Assembly: GCF_902652985.1 (NCBI RefSeq)
Contig: NC_047030.1
Coordinates: forward strand, 5,084,001-5,148,000
Length of the DNA stretch: 64,000 nucleotides
Reading direction: 5' to 3'
Source of the DNA: Pecten maximus
Taxonomy: Eukaryota
Below, piece after piece: positions 12,101-24,456 of this stretch. How positions within the stretch are numbered: the stretch's first letter is position 1; each line of letters begins with the position of its first letter. A program made the position numbers and the translations under genes. The notes beneath the pieces are model-generated. The model had not been told where the DNA came from. It did not search any database and worked only from the letters and a program-made list of their open reading frames with translations.

Positions 12101-15100
12101 TAATAACATTTCTTACGAATGTATTATAGTAAAACAAATTGATCAAAAACATCACAACACCAGTTATAATGGAAGCGTTACACGCTAGAACATTGACAAT
12201 TCTCCATTTTTAAATAAAAGTTTCAGTACCATAAACTACTTTATCTGGCTATGGTCTTTTATATTGAAATGTAATAAAACCGCATACCCCAAAATAACCT
12301 AAAATCCTAGTTACACACATGTAAATAATGGTAATCCAAGATGCTCATTCACGCTCTCCTAACATCACATTCCTGTACTGAAATTCGCTAAAAAATCGAA
12401 ATCTGAAAACGTAGTTTCACATGTAAGTAATGTTCTTTGTTCGACTCTTTTTTAGTCATCGTTATTTTGTAATGTCTAAATTACAAACAATTACAACAAT
12501 ATACAGAATACAGATAGGATAAAGAAACCGTAATTCAAACTCCAAATCGTTTCAAGGAAGGCAAAACATAAACAAAAACATAGATTCAGAGAATAGCAAC
12601 ATGTGCTCCGGAAGCGTAAGCGTCTTCTGCTTCATCAACGACACCCGCCATACAAATCTGGATCAAATCGACGACAACCGCAATACAAATCTGGACCAAA
12701 TCGACGACACCCGCCATACAAATCTAGACCAAATCGACGACACCCGCAATACAAATCTGGATCAAATCGACGACAACCGCAATACAAATCTGGACCAAAT
12801 CGACGACACCCGACATACAAATCTGGACCAAATCGACGACACCCGCCATACAAATCTGGACCAAATCGACGACACCCGCCATACAAATCTGGACCAAATC
12901 AACGACACCCGCCATACAAATCTGGACCAAATCAACGACACCCGCCATACAAAGATGGGTAACAACGGAACCACTAACCACGTCCGACTTCATATCGCAA
13001 CAGGGAAATAAAATATGTCTAAATCTAAAAGAGATCATAATGTCGACCTTTTAACTCTACCATGGTGTTCATCAAACTGTGTATCTCTAAACATTTTGTT
13101 GTTGATTTCTCCTTTGGCAGGCAACATCTGTCACGGAAATCGTGATAATGGGAATCAACTCTTAAATATCGAATGAACTGGGACATGTGGATACCGTAGT
13201 AGGTAAGGGATGAAGGGATGTTGCTATCTAGAAATGGAAATTTAACAACTGGGAAATTGAACTTATCTTGCTTATCATACAGCTAAATTGTAAGCTTCCC
13301 TGTTGGGTACGTTGTAAGTAAAGATCGAGGTAAGCGGCTGATGTTAAAGTAAAGATCGAGGTTAGTGGCTGATGTTTAGCCTTAGCCTTATGTTGAACAG
13401 GATATATCCGATCGATATGGTCAATTAAGATTTTGCTATTTGAATATAAATCACATCGTCAATATAAATAAATGTTGAATTGAAGGATGCTGCAGGATTT
13501 CTGTTACCTGTTATAGGCTCTTAGATATAAGCAGCTTCTTATGAGAATATAGACAAGTTAGCCAACAGAGCCGCACAGTTTGTTCCCATGGATATGATAA
13601 TCGTCTGTCACCAATCTCAACAAATTAAGATGTTTTCATTCTGACATTCCATCATGTTCAAGATTTATCTTCGGTGTATGTTCCTTGTTGTTGGTTTAAC
13701 GAAATAGGGTCCCCGTATAGTTCACAACTATGCAATTTTATCGTCTTGAAAAGAATGCTCATTACAAGAGAACAGAGATTACAATCTTAAAAGGTTAAAA
13801 CATAATCAAAAGACCTTTCAATTTCTTTAAATCTACATTTTAATTCGTATTTAAAAAGCATCCCAATAGGACTGAAGCCCCGAACCTAGAATGGTAGTTA
13901 GAAATATTAATGTGTAAAATGCTAGATACATTTTATTCGGAATGCTTAAACATTTGAATATAAAAGTACCCTTGATCTAAAATAACAACTGAGAGCAAAT
14001 ATTCGATGGAATGTGAATAATAAATAGAGATAGAAAGACCATCGAAAGAGAAAAAAAGTCAATTAACCCTACAAACTACTCAATACCTTCTAGTAACTGT
14101 ATTCATTTACGACAGCGTCACATTGTTATATAGGTCAAAAAAGTTCATATCGCCGTCACTATATTTGTTTTAAAATGTTATCTATACCAAGCTTAAGTTG
14201 ATAAACAAGCATGATATCGATATAATAGGTAACAAAGACTTACGTCAGCAGTAAACACAAAGAGCGTATCGTCCTTCATCCCTTTCTGTGCTAACTTGTC
14301 CGTAAGGTTCCCTACAGCTTCGTCCAGCGCGCTCACCATGCCTTATACAGCGAGAAAAAATCTTAATACAGACTTAAAGTGTAAATATGCTAGAAAGGTA
14401 GTAATTATGTATTTTACACTATCTAAATAATGTTTGTACATGTTACAAGCATTTTCATTAAAAAATATTTTTCAATCAATAACGTAAAAATGTCTTCGCC
14501 ATTCACAACATCGCTTTTAATTGACTGATGTATAATTGAGAGTGTGTACAGTAGCTAAAATTATGACGATTATCATGAATATATAATATGCCATGTAGTG
14601 ACAAGTTACTCTGGTTTTATTCATTTCTTGGCATACATATAGTATCTCGGTGTACTATATTTGTTAGTTTATTTTATAGCTAAAATTGCTATTCATCTGT
14701 TTGTGACTTTTGTTCAAACCTTTATATTATTAAGTAGAACCAATCTACAGTGTTTTATGTCGATTTCATTCTACGCTATACCCTAAAGTACAATTATTTG
14801 TATACATCAATGTCGCATAGATATCTATAACCCACCTGAAAATTTACGCCTCCCTTCATTCTGAATATTGGGATACATATCTTCATATTTCTTTGGAACC
14901 TGTATTTTGGTGATGAAACATACATTACTTTAAAACGTATAACCTTTTATTGAAACAAGGTGTTACAGAAAATATAATATACGTTGAAATCGTCATTATA
15001 AATATTGGCTACATGCATGTAGATTATCAAACTGCATTATGTAATGAATGTACATGTATGCTCAAACACGTAAATCATTATGAATAAATACCTCTATTGG

Positions 15101-15450
15101 ATCGTGGACATTCTGAAAAGCCATATATAAAAACAAAGGTTCGCTCGTGTTGTGATTTATGATAATGTCTGCTGCTGCCTGGTCGTAGGAATACTATAAT
15201 AGAGCAGAATAAAAACCATATCTTAATGATAAAATATACAATCTGTTGTAAAGTATTTTACGGTGGAGGAATTTACATTTCATATCCTACAACAATTTAA
15301 TTGTTTTCTCGAAAGTGATTCAAACAAAAGATTAAAAAAATAGTAATTAGACATTGTTGAAATATCTTTTTCGGTAAATATCATCAATATTTCATTCAGA
15401 AGGAATGATCGGAAACAGGGTATCTGTATTTTCAAAAATATAAATGATTC

Positions 15451-15486
<36 letters not shown>

Positions 15487-18400
15487 CGACCGTCATATAA
15501 GTTAATACATATAATGACATGTGATACAGCTGTAGATACAAAATGTAAAAATCTGTAAAAGTTTTAATCCAATTCAATTAAATTCCAAAAATGTTTTATG
15601 AAACTCGTCTCGAACTTTTAATTTTTGCTCGCCAAGGCTCACAAATTCTAAGACTCGTTAAAACTCATTAAATATCCTTATATATACAGTGTGTGCAATT
15701 GATTGTAAGGTACTTTTAAATACTCACTAAAGAATAGGTTCCATTAAATTCGGTAGCAAGACGTTCATTTTGCCTTAAATCATATCCACCCTCTAAAAGA
15801 TATACACAAATGTATAGCTATTAATTTATGAATTATACATTGACTTTTAAGCTTAAAGTCTGAAGACTTCCTTACGAATTGATAATAAGACTGGATGTTT
15901 TCATGCTATATGAAATCCAGGATACATGTATGTTAAAACTTTGTTTAGTGAAGAAATTACTACTTTTCGTTTTTATGTTTTGAAATTAATGTTTGAAATG
16001 ACAAAATAAATATCATACATTTATTCAATTTATCAAACGATTTGTATTTGAATATATGTTTTGGTTATTTTAATTCAGATATATTTCATTACGTACTCCA
16101 ATCGTGAGTATAATAGTCTTCCTGGGCATTGTAATACCCAAAAAAGGAGTCGAACCCGCGATGTGTCGGTGTACACTCCCACTTACAGAACCCTAGATGC
16201 CACCTGGAAAGTAATGTCATAGATACATATGAATATGTGTCGTGGATACACTAATTTAATGACATACTAGTGCTTACCAAACTTTCGACAGAAATTTATG
16301 GTTTTGCATTTTATTTAGTTATGGTTTGTCATAGGACTGGTTGATATGGTGTGAGCCTCATACTGAAGGATTTGAATTTTACCGGACATATTGTATTATT
16401 TTTCAACATAATCCCCTTCAGTTTCTTTACACTTTTTCAAGCGGTGTTTAAGGACCTCAATGACAGTTTTACTGAACTCCTTTTCTTACCTGTTCAGAAA
16501 GTCGTCCAATGCATGTATGGCGTCATCATCGGACTGAAAGTGGGTGCCTGAAATATCTCTTTTCAGTTTTGGATATAGATGAAAGTCTGATGGAGCGAGA
16601 TCAGGTGAATAAGGCGGCTGCTCAATCAATTTAAAGCCACAATCGTGAATGGCAGCCATGGTAATGACAAACTTGTGAACAGGAGCATTGTCCTGATGGA
16701 ATAACAAACCTTTAGTGGGCTTTCTGAGACGCTTAAGTTTAATATTTCCCTGTAACTGCCTCAGAAGTGAAGCATCGTATGTGCCATTGATTGTTTGTCT
16801 CTTTTGTAAATAATCATTCAGCAGAATACCTTCTGCATCCCATAAAACCGAGGCCAAAACCTTCCCCAGCTGATGGAACAGTCCTTGCCTTCTTTGGCCT
16901 GGGAGAGCCAGGGTGTCCATCGTTTCGATTGTTGTTTGGCCTCTGGGGTAAATGATTGAGTCATGTTTCATCCATAGTGACAAATCACTTATCAAAGTAG
17001 GCAGGATCTTCCTCAAAAAGGTTAAGATTAGCACACGATAATGTGCGCCTGGTGTGCTTCTGATCAACTGTCAGAAGTGGTGGTACCCATCGGGCCGAAA
17101 GCTTTCTCATTGATCCTCGGTCAGAATAGAATATACTCTTTCCTGTAAAATGCCAACTCTAGTAATATATATCTTTCTGTGACTTGTCTTTCAGTTATAA
17201 CAATATCAGAAACTTTATTGACCATTCCTTTTTATACAAATATTGGATCACTGCTCTTTTACGGATTTTGTCTATTTTGCAAAAGCCGTTTGTCTTGTTT
17301 ACTTTAGAGTGCTACCTCTTCGATATAAACAAACCAAATGAGACCAGTCCTTGGGTACACGGCCTTATATAGTCAGAGAATAAGAAACTTAAAAAAAACA
17401 ACCTTGAGTACCTCCTTCAATACGGGGCTCACAACAGATCAATAATCCCTCGTATCTCATTTTGACTGCGTATACAGTAGTATGCCCGTAGTTGGCAGCA
17501 ACATATCCTATGGAGCGCCTTCGGATATGTTCGTTGTCTACTACGGGCACACTACCGTAAACGCAGTCAAAATGAGGTATAATCCTCAAATATCTTTAAT
17601 ATAATCAATATGAATATAGCTTTTGATATCAGATTCAATACTAGTATATAGTATTGAATATCAGGATCACGGGAGTATGGGCTTTTTCTCATTTGTGCCC
17701 CCCCCCCCCCCCCCCCCCCCCCAAAGTATAACTTCAACAAAATTAAATATTGAATTCGTGATACCATCACAATATACTTGAAACAAAGCAATGAAGTTTT
17801 CCTGGAAGACGGTGCTTTGGAACATTTAAAAATGCGAAAGCCAGTTGGGTTCATTTTCGTAGGAAAAAAAAAATACTTTTTCGCGTAATAACGCGAAACT
17901 AACGCGTTATATCGGTAAAGGAAAGATATTATTTTCTTCTACAATAATGAATCCAATTAGATTTCAAATACAAAAGACAATTGAAGGTACAATAGACATA
18001 CTTGCCGACCATATGTGTGGCGTAACCGAGATCTTTCAAGTACTTTGGAAGGAACTGCATGTCTAGAGGAGAACACACCGGCTGTTCTGGCATAATCACA
18101 CGGTGCTGGGAACAAAGCATTATAAACCAGTCAGATGTATATCCGCATTGGAGGTGGACTGTTTCTGTTTCATTTCACATCTAATATCAATTTACTAATA
18201 AAGGAATAATGAATTTACAATGTATATAAAGGTCGTGGTGGCAGATGCGGTGGTTTAGCGGCGTGGTGACTTTAAGGCGACCTTAGACTTGGCGACAAAG
18301 GCGGCAGTTTGGTGACGCGGTAGCAGATGCTGCGGTTGGGTGAGATGATGGCGGTAAAAGCGATCAATGACATGGTGGTAAATGCGGCTGCTTGGTAACG

Positions 18401-18952
18401 CGGTGGCGGTAAAGGCGATCATTTGTAGAGGCGGCGGCTTGGTGACGCGGTGGTGGTTAAGGCGATCATGGACGTGGTGGTAGAGGCGGCGGTTTGGTGA
18501 CGCGGTGGCGGTTAAGGCGATCATGGACGTGGTGGTAGAGGCGGCGGTTTGGTGACGCGGTGGCGGTAAAGGCGACTTTAGTGTTTGTAACAGAGGAGGC
18601 GGTTTGTCGACGTGGTTGCAGTTAAGGCGATCGTTCGCATGATAACAGAGGTGGCGATTTGGTGGGGCGGTGGCGGCAAAGGAGATCATGGACGTGGTGG
18701 TGCGGTGGTTGTAATGGCGACGGTAGACTTGGTGACAGGGGCGGCGATTTGGTGGCGCGTTTGTAGAGGCGGCGGTTTGGTGGCGCGGCGGCAGTTCGTT
18801 GACATGGTATACTAGTTGTAGGTGGTGTTGACAGTGGTACGTGGTAGTATGATGTAGATTCAGATGCCTAGCAGTGATAGTGATAATGAAAGTGGTGTAT
18901 TAATGGTGGTGACAGGTAATGGTTTTTTTTGTTTTTTGTTTTTTGTTTTTTT

Positions 18953-18988
<36 letters not shown>

Positions 18989-20532
18989 TTTAACATCATT
19001 GCAACACCCATGCAGGGTCATATGAGGACAGGGTTAGTGGGTGGTAATGAGTGGCACACTGACTCAGTGATACCAGCAGTTCCTTCTGGTATTAATAAAC
19101 ATTAATTGCAATGAAAGTTAATCCTTTATCACATACATATATTAGAATTCGCATGTACATGTATGTTGTTATAATTCCTTGCAACCAGAATATGGATGAT
19201 CATACCTGCAGTCCTGCGTGGAATGGGTAATACCCGGTCATAAAGGAATGACGAGATCTGTAACACGTTTTTTTTAAACTCACTATTAGGTGTTATAATT
19301 TGACAAAATTTTTCGTTTAACACAAAATTCTTTTGATGTCAATTTGCTAAGCCATTAAGGCTTGCGAGAAAACATTACCATAAACATACAAACAATATAT
19401 AGACAAAGACAGTTGGCTCTCCATTTCAAACCTGCTGACGTATACCAATTTTCAAATTTATATATAGAATGCGTAGAGATCCACTGTCCGTGGTACTGGA
19501 GTAAAGCTACACATACGGGCTACAAAGTGGCTGGACATAGGACTGGTTCAGTATCACACCTTCTCCCGCCATTTTGTCTAGATGAGGCGTCTTCATATCG
19601 GGATTGTTGAATCCAATATCATTCCACCCTGTAAAATCAAACTGTACATTCTCGCATTCCAAGGTAATGATTGTTATGCAACACCTTATACCAATATGAA
19701 ATGATGATAGTTATAAGAAAATTTTGTTATAATTCCCTCCCTTGTTAAAACACATGTACATGAATATACAACAGTTATATTCTGATAAAGTTAGTCTTGT
19801 GTATAGAGGTCGCGATATTAATACTTAATATGGGGTAGTAATGTTTAGGGTTATTGAGAATGACTAATATTTAATTTTGGTTTAAAAGTGAAAAAGTACA
19901 CATATCTAGGTAAAGCTCGTAAAATAACTTCTTTGTACCACATCGCGGCTGTCAAGCTAAATCATCGCTAGTGTGGAAAGCTCGTACGTTACGGGTGTAT
20001 GTGCGTAATCCTTTATGATTTCGAAGGTTCGTTTGTATTATTTTAATGTTTATTATCAGATATTTACATTTTTGTTATTTGTCGAACCTCGAAATGTAAA
20101 TATCCCATAATAAACTTTTAACATCACGACTGTCAGTCTGCTGGTAACAAAAACAGAGACTATAACTAAATTCTCTGAACTTAAAGCGGTATGACAGTGA
20201 ATTATCGTGGCAGAGAGGTGATTACAATGATACCACCAGGGTATAGGAGTTTTCTTAGCCTTGTCCCTAAAAGTTAGTAAGCATTTCTAGGTGAGCGCAT
20301 GCAATAAATTATAGGGAAAAGGAGAAATAGTATCTACACTGGCATGGAATTTGAGCAGCTGCCATAATTAAACAGATAAAAGTTATATACTGTGAACGGA
20401 GTCACCAAAGGGAGGATATGTATCCATCTTACCCAGATCATCGGCAACAATGAAGACAATGTGGGGTGGTTTAGCCTGCACGGACAAAAGTATCCCCAGG
20501 TATATCAGACAAAGAGAGAAGAGCCCCGCCAT
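9130..20532 (-). CDS. Arylsulfatase B/I/J-like sulfatase (secreted/lysosomal), ~486 aa
   Basis: 14 GT-AG exons on the minus strand: 20433-20532, 19517-19628, 19206-19257, 18002-18105, 16097-16203, 15728-15792, 15092-15193, 14836-14899, 14244-14341, 11960-12096, 11264-11328, 10707-10833, 9988-10142, 9130-9302; total 1461 nt, in frame. Signal peptide [20 protein letters not shown], then [17 protein letters not shown], formylglycine motif [68 protein letters not shown]-terminal GAWTPGWC. Confidence 0.93.
9733..9792 (-). CDS. Putative alternative 60-nt exon of the sulfatase ([19 protein letters not shown])
   Basis: ttttgacag|TT TTA AAT ... AGG TAT CAA CTG TAC AAT CTA AAA G|gttagt. Phase 1-1, open frame. 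Re-encodes RYQLYNLK of exon 13 with only synonymous differences. Confidence 0.6.
12637..12953. repeat. 33-bp minisatellite (~9.5 copies) inside a retroelement-like fragment
   Basis: Unit acgacacccgccatacaaatctggaccaaatcg. It explains the overlapping repetitive ORFs in the ORF track. Confidence 0.9.
16330..17452 (-). mobile_element. Decayed mariner (DD34D) transposon, transposase pseudogene
   Basis: Minus-strand translation gives LSARWVP, FVTMDET* (nonsense), [44 protein letters not shown]. Imperfect ~40-bp TIRs (tacgagggattattgatctgttgtgagccccgtattgaagga versus taggactggttgatatggtgtgagcctcatactgaagga); TA at 17453-17454; frameshifts. Lies in sulfatase intron 4. Confidence 0.88.
17455..17577. 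mobile_element. 123-bp fold-back (hairpin) MITE flanked by TA
   Basis: Arms ctcattttgactgcgtatacagtagtatgcccgtagt..aacatatcc and ggatatgtt..actacgggcacactaccgtaaacgcagtcaaaatgag are ~85% complementary over ~54 bp; TA on both sides. Confidence 0.7.
18232..18800. repeat. Degenerate GC-rich ~57-bp tandem repeat
   Basis: Recurring ggcggtttggtgacgcggtggcggt(a/t)aaggcgatcatggacgtggtggtagag in sulfatase intron 3. Confidence 0.8.
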
Positions 20533-20945
20533 CCTCGTGTAAGCTGTTATGGGTGACAGAGAAGTAATTTACCCTATATCAATATCATCTGATAAAGAAA
20601 TATTGGAGTCCCAGTTTCTGAACGTAAACTCAACGTGGTATTATATGGACTAGCATTTTATATGGACTAACATTTCAGTGTCCTATCAATAGCTACATCA
20701 TAGTAGGCCAATGTGATTACAGTATTGACATTGACAGCTAGAGAGTGTCATCCTCGGTCCGAGGTGAACATCACACTATTGCTAATTAAGGATAGTGCGA
20801 TTTTGAAAATGAAGAATGCCGACAATTAATGTAGCTATGACTCGAACTCTATAAAACCCAGGTAAAATATCAAAAGAAAAACCAAAACCCTTAACAAATG
20901 ATATCAGACCAGTAGTCCCAGCAGGGTGAGCGTCTCCCGTATAAC

Positions 20946-21103
20946 AGGCGACTCTCGGTATGTAAATCTAGGTCAAGTCCAGGTAATGTCATGTTCTCCG
21001 GCGACTCTCGGTATGTAAATCTAGGTCAAGTCCAGGTAAAGTCGTTCTCCGGCGACTCTCGGTATGTAAATCTAGGTCAAGTCCAGGCAATGTCATGTTC
21101 TCC
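20946..21103. repeat. ~53-bp tandem repeat (3 copies) in a retroelement-like fragment
   Basis: ggcgactctcggtatgtaaatctaggtcaagtccaggtaatgtcatgttctcc x3. Confidence 0.85.
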
Positions 21104-21839
21104 AGACGTAATGATGTTGCACACAGCACAATCCCAAAGACATGATTAACTTTCGAAGGGTGTTGAGAGAGTTTTGGATTGGGTTAGGTGTTGTGTGGAT
21201 TATGGTAATATTATGACTTTCCCATGATCTTTTATATTCAACAGAGTAGCATTACACTGGAAACTCAAATCTTCAACCTTCGGATCAACAACACATAGTA
21301 CATACGACACATTGTGGTAATAATTATACAACATAGTAACACAATCACATGGGTGACAATATTGCATGACTCGTGCCACGACCGACCCTTGGACTTACGA
21401 TCTACGGTACTTTCACCTAGCCCATTTGCAGCTAATATATCGACACCACCGATGTTAAAGATTATAGAAGCGACTTTGAAGTAGTGATTTTGTGAAATGA
21501 AGTTGTGCTTGCCCATGCTTTTGCTCGTTACCCATGAAAGACCTTAATACAGGTGCTCGTTACCCATGAAAGACCTTAATACAAGAAGGTCATATTTCAA
21601 TTTATTGTTCCCCGTTGAGGCGTTTAGTCCAAAGAGCTAGTGATTTGGAGACATGGTATTTGGGTCAGTAGCGTGCCCGGATGAAGGAGTAGTTTTTTGA
21701 AATGAATGATATTTACCTATATATTTGCAATCGCCCTGAATAACCAAGAAATCCAGGGACCCAGTAGTTTGCTTTACAACCAAGAAGGCTTCAACAATGA
21801 TATCTTAACCAGTGAAAATATGGCATGAAGCATTACCTT

Positions 21840-23000
21840 TCCTTAAAATGACCCCTGTGACCTTGACAGCAGGTCAAATGTCATTAATTTGAACAAACTT
21901 CGTTTTCATTGATCCCAACATTCTACTGGCTACACTGTTAATATCATGACATTAAGCACCTTGGTTAATCAGAAGTTGTTTCAAAATTTGGATATATTTA
22001 ACCCATGACCTTGAAAGAAGGCTAAGGTCATTCGTTGGAACAAACTCTGTAGCCATATTCCCTGAATGCTAAAGGCCCAATATCAGGTCTCTGGACGGCT
22101 TGGTTATTGAAAAAAGTTTTCTTTTAAAGATTTTAGCACATTTGGCCCATGTGACCTTTCAGGCTGTATAACTCAAGTGACTTTCATTCATTTGAACAAA
22201 CATGGCTCACCCCCACCATGATATAGGCCAAATATCGGGTCTCTGGACATCTTGGTTATTGAAAAAAAAGATTTCTTTAAAAGATGTTAGGACAATTGAC
22301 CCATGTGACCTTGGAAGTCAGTGAAGGTCATTCTTTGAACAACTTGGTAGAACCTCGTCTCAGCATGCTACAGACCCAATATCAAGTCATTGGAACAAAC
22401 TCTGTAGCCATATTCCCTGAATGCTAAAGGCCCAATATCAGGTCTCTGGACATCTTGGTTATTGAAAAAAAAAGATTTCTTTAAAAGATGTTAGGACATT
22501 TGACCCATGTGACCTTGGAAGTCAGTGAAGGTCATTCTTTGAACAATATTAGTAGCCCTTCACTCACACCATGCTATAGGCCCAATATCATGTATCTGGG
22601 ACTCATTGTTAAAAAGAAGTAATTTCAAGATTTCAGGCTATGACTCCAGTGACTATCATTCATTTGAACAAACATGGCTCACCCCTTCCATGTATAGGCC
22701 CAATATCGGGTCTCTGGACCTCTTAGGTTATTGAAAAGAGTTTGTTTAATAATCATAGCATGTTTGACCCCTTGTGGCCTTGATAGTCAGTGAAGGCCAT
22801 TCTTTGAACAACTTGGTAGAACTTCGTCGCAGCATGCTACAGACCCAATATCAAGTCTCTGGGACTCTTGATTACCGATATGGAGTCGTTTATAAAGATT
22901 TTATCCTATTTGACCCCCGTTACCTGGAATGCAGGTTAAGGTCATTCATTTTTACAAACTTTGCGGCTCTTCATCCCAGCATGCTACAAGCCCAATATCA
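21840..23000. repeat. Dispersed ~130-bp satellite-like array (tgaccttgaa...aaggtcattcatttgaacaaac...ggcccaatatca), probably Helentron-borne
   Basis: About 8-9 diverged units. Related arrays occur at 25325-25950 and, inverted, at 37190-37690. Confidence 0.7.
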
Positions 23001-23393
23001 TTGTTTTCATGTTTGTGATATCTAATTTGACGTCTGTAATTTTCATTTGAAGTCCATGTTATTTGCTTTAATACACTTCCCAGATTCACAATCAAGATAG
23101 CACAAACAAAATACCCAGGGAATATAAGTGTATACTGCACAATGTCCATAAGGCCAGGTTTTGGTAATATGTTAAAGGCCAAACTGGGACAACCGCTAAT
23201 TTTCAGTCCCAAGAAATTTAACTTCACGTATAGAACTTTAAAAAAAAAAATTTTTTTATAGAACTTCACGTATAGAAGACATTATCATTGGGACACTAAG
23301 TTTTTGAAGAAGAATGACAATCCTGGGTTACAGACCAAATGCATTCAACAATATTTCTTTTAAAAGATAAAATTTGCAGCATTTTTTATGCTA

Positions 23394-23600
23394 TACAGTG
23401 GTCCTCCTATTTACGACCAATCTCAAGAACGACCACTCCCTGTATGTGACCAAGTTTCGCGTTCACCGACGTTTTCCAACGATAAATTACCCCTTCTAAA
23501 CGACCACCCCGCTAACCCGACTAACGACCGCTTAATCATGTCCCAAAAACGTGAAATGTACTTTGGTATCCCTCTCGTGAACGACCAAGATTTTGGCAAC
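23394..23600. mobile_element. Terminal fragment of a TA/CAGT-type (pogo/Tigger-like) MITE
   Basis: ta|cagtggtcctcc.. start followed by repeated subterminal acgacca motifs; the matching end was not found. Confidence 0.4.
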
Positions 23601-24456
23601 GTTTCATAACATTAATAAAATAGAAAACACAAAACCATATATCACACAAGTATTAATTTAATTGTGGCATACATCTCACACAGACACAATACTCCTGTTA
23701 GGAGTCCTATCATCATGATATATATATATCTAATTTATCATAACATACATCACATTAACACTAACATAGACATACAATGGATGTCCCTCTCGTTCATACA
23801 AAATCTTCTATATTTTACCTCAAAATGAAAATAATTAGTATGTACATTTTATGTTCAATATTCTTGTCTTGTTGTACATATCTCAAAACACCACATGATG
23901 TGATCTGTAGAGATCTGACAAGTCTGAATCTGTGCCAATACAGAAATGATAATGTGGTGATTGTGTTGAAATGTTGTTCGTATGATAAAACAAATCAAAT
24001 CTCTCACAGTTTGAGGGAGTACACCGACATTTAAATGTCCATATTTCATATATATCTAAATTCATTCACAAAACAATTCAATTCACCTTGTACATGATAA
24101 TGAAAATAAACTGCCATCTTTCTCAGATACAGCTTTTGTTAAAGGTTATATTATAGAGGTTAATCCGTACAAAACACAAATGAATGGTGCTACAATGTAT
24201 CTTGTTTTTTTTTTATATTTTCCCATAATCATAGGAAGATGATGATACAATGGGGCCTTCTAATATTAGCCAGAACATATTAAAATTGGAACTACCAATG
24301 TCTTGACTGGGACCAGCTTCTAGCCATATAAAGATTCTGTATGGTATTTAGTTCCTGAAGTTGAGATGATCATGCTGCATTTCACACATTCTCAATGATC
24401 ATGTAACATTTGTCAACATAATTGTTTTCATTGTTATTAACACTACGAGATACTAG

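Noticed and set aside
12601-13038. Five overlapping repetitive ORFs
   Set aside because: All arise from the 33-bp minisatellite being open in several frames.
16486-17067. Active or domesticated SETMAR-like transposase
   Set aside because: The first catalytic-Asp motif is frameshifted and followed by a stop, the N-terminus is decayed, and the TIRs are diverged.
18255-18815. Pro/His-rich and Gly/Val-rich ORFs
   Set aside because: Translations of the degenerate GC-rich 57-bp repeat.
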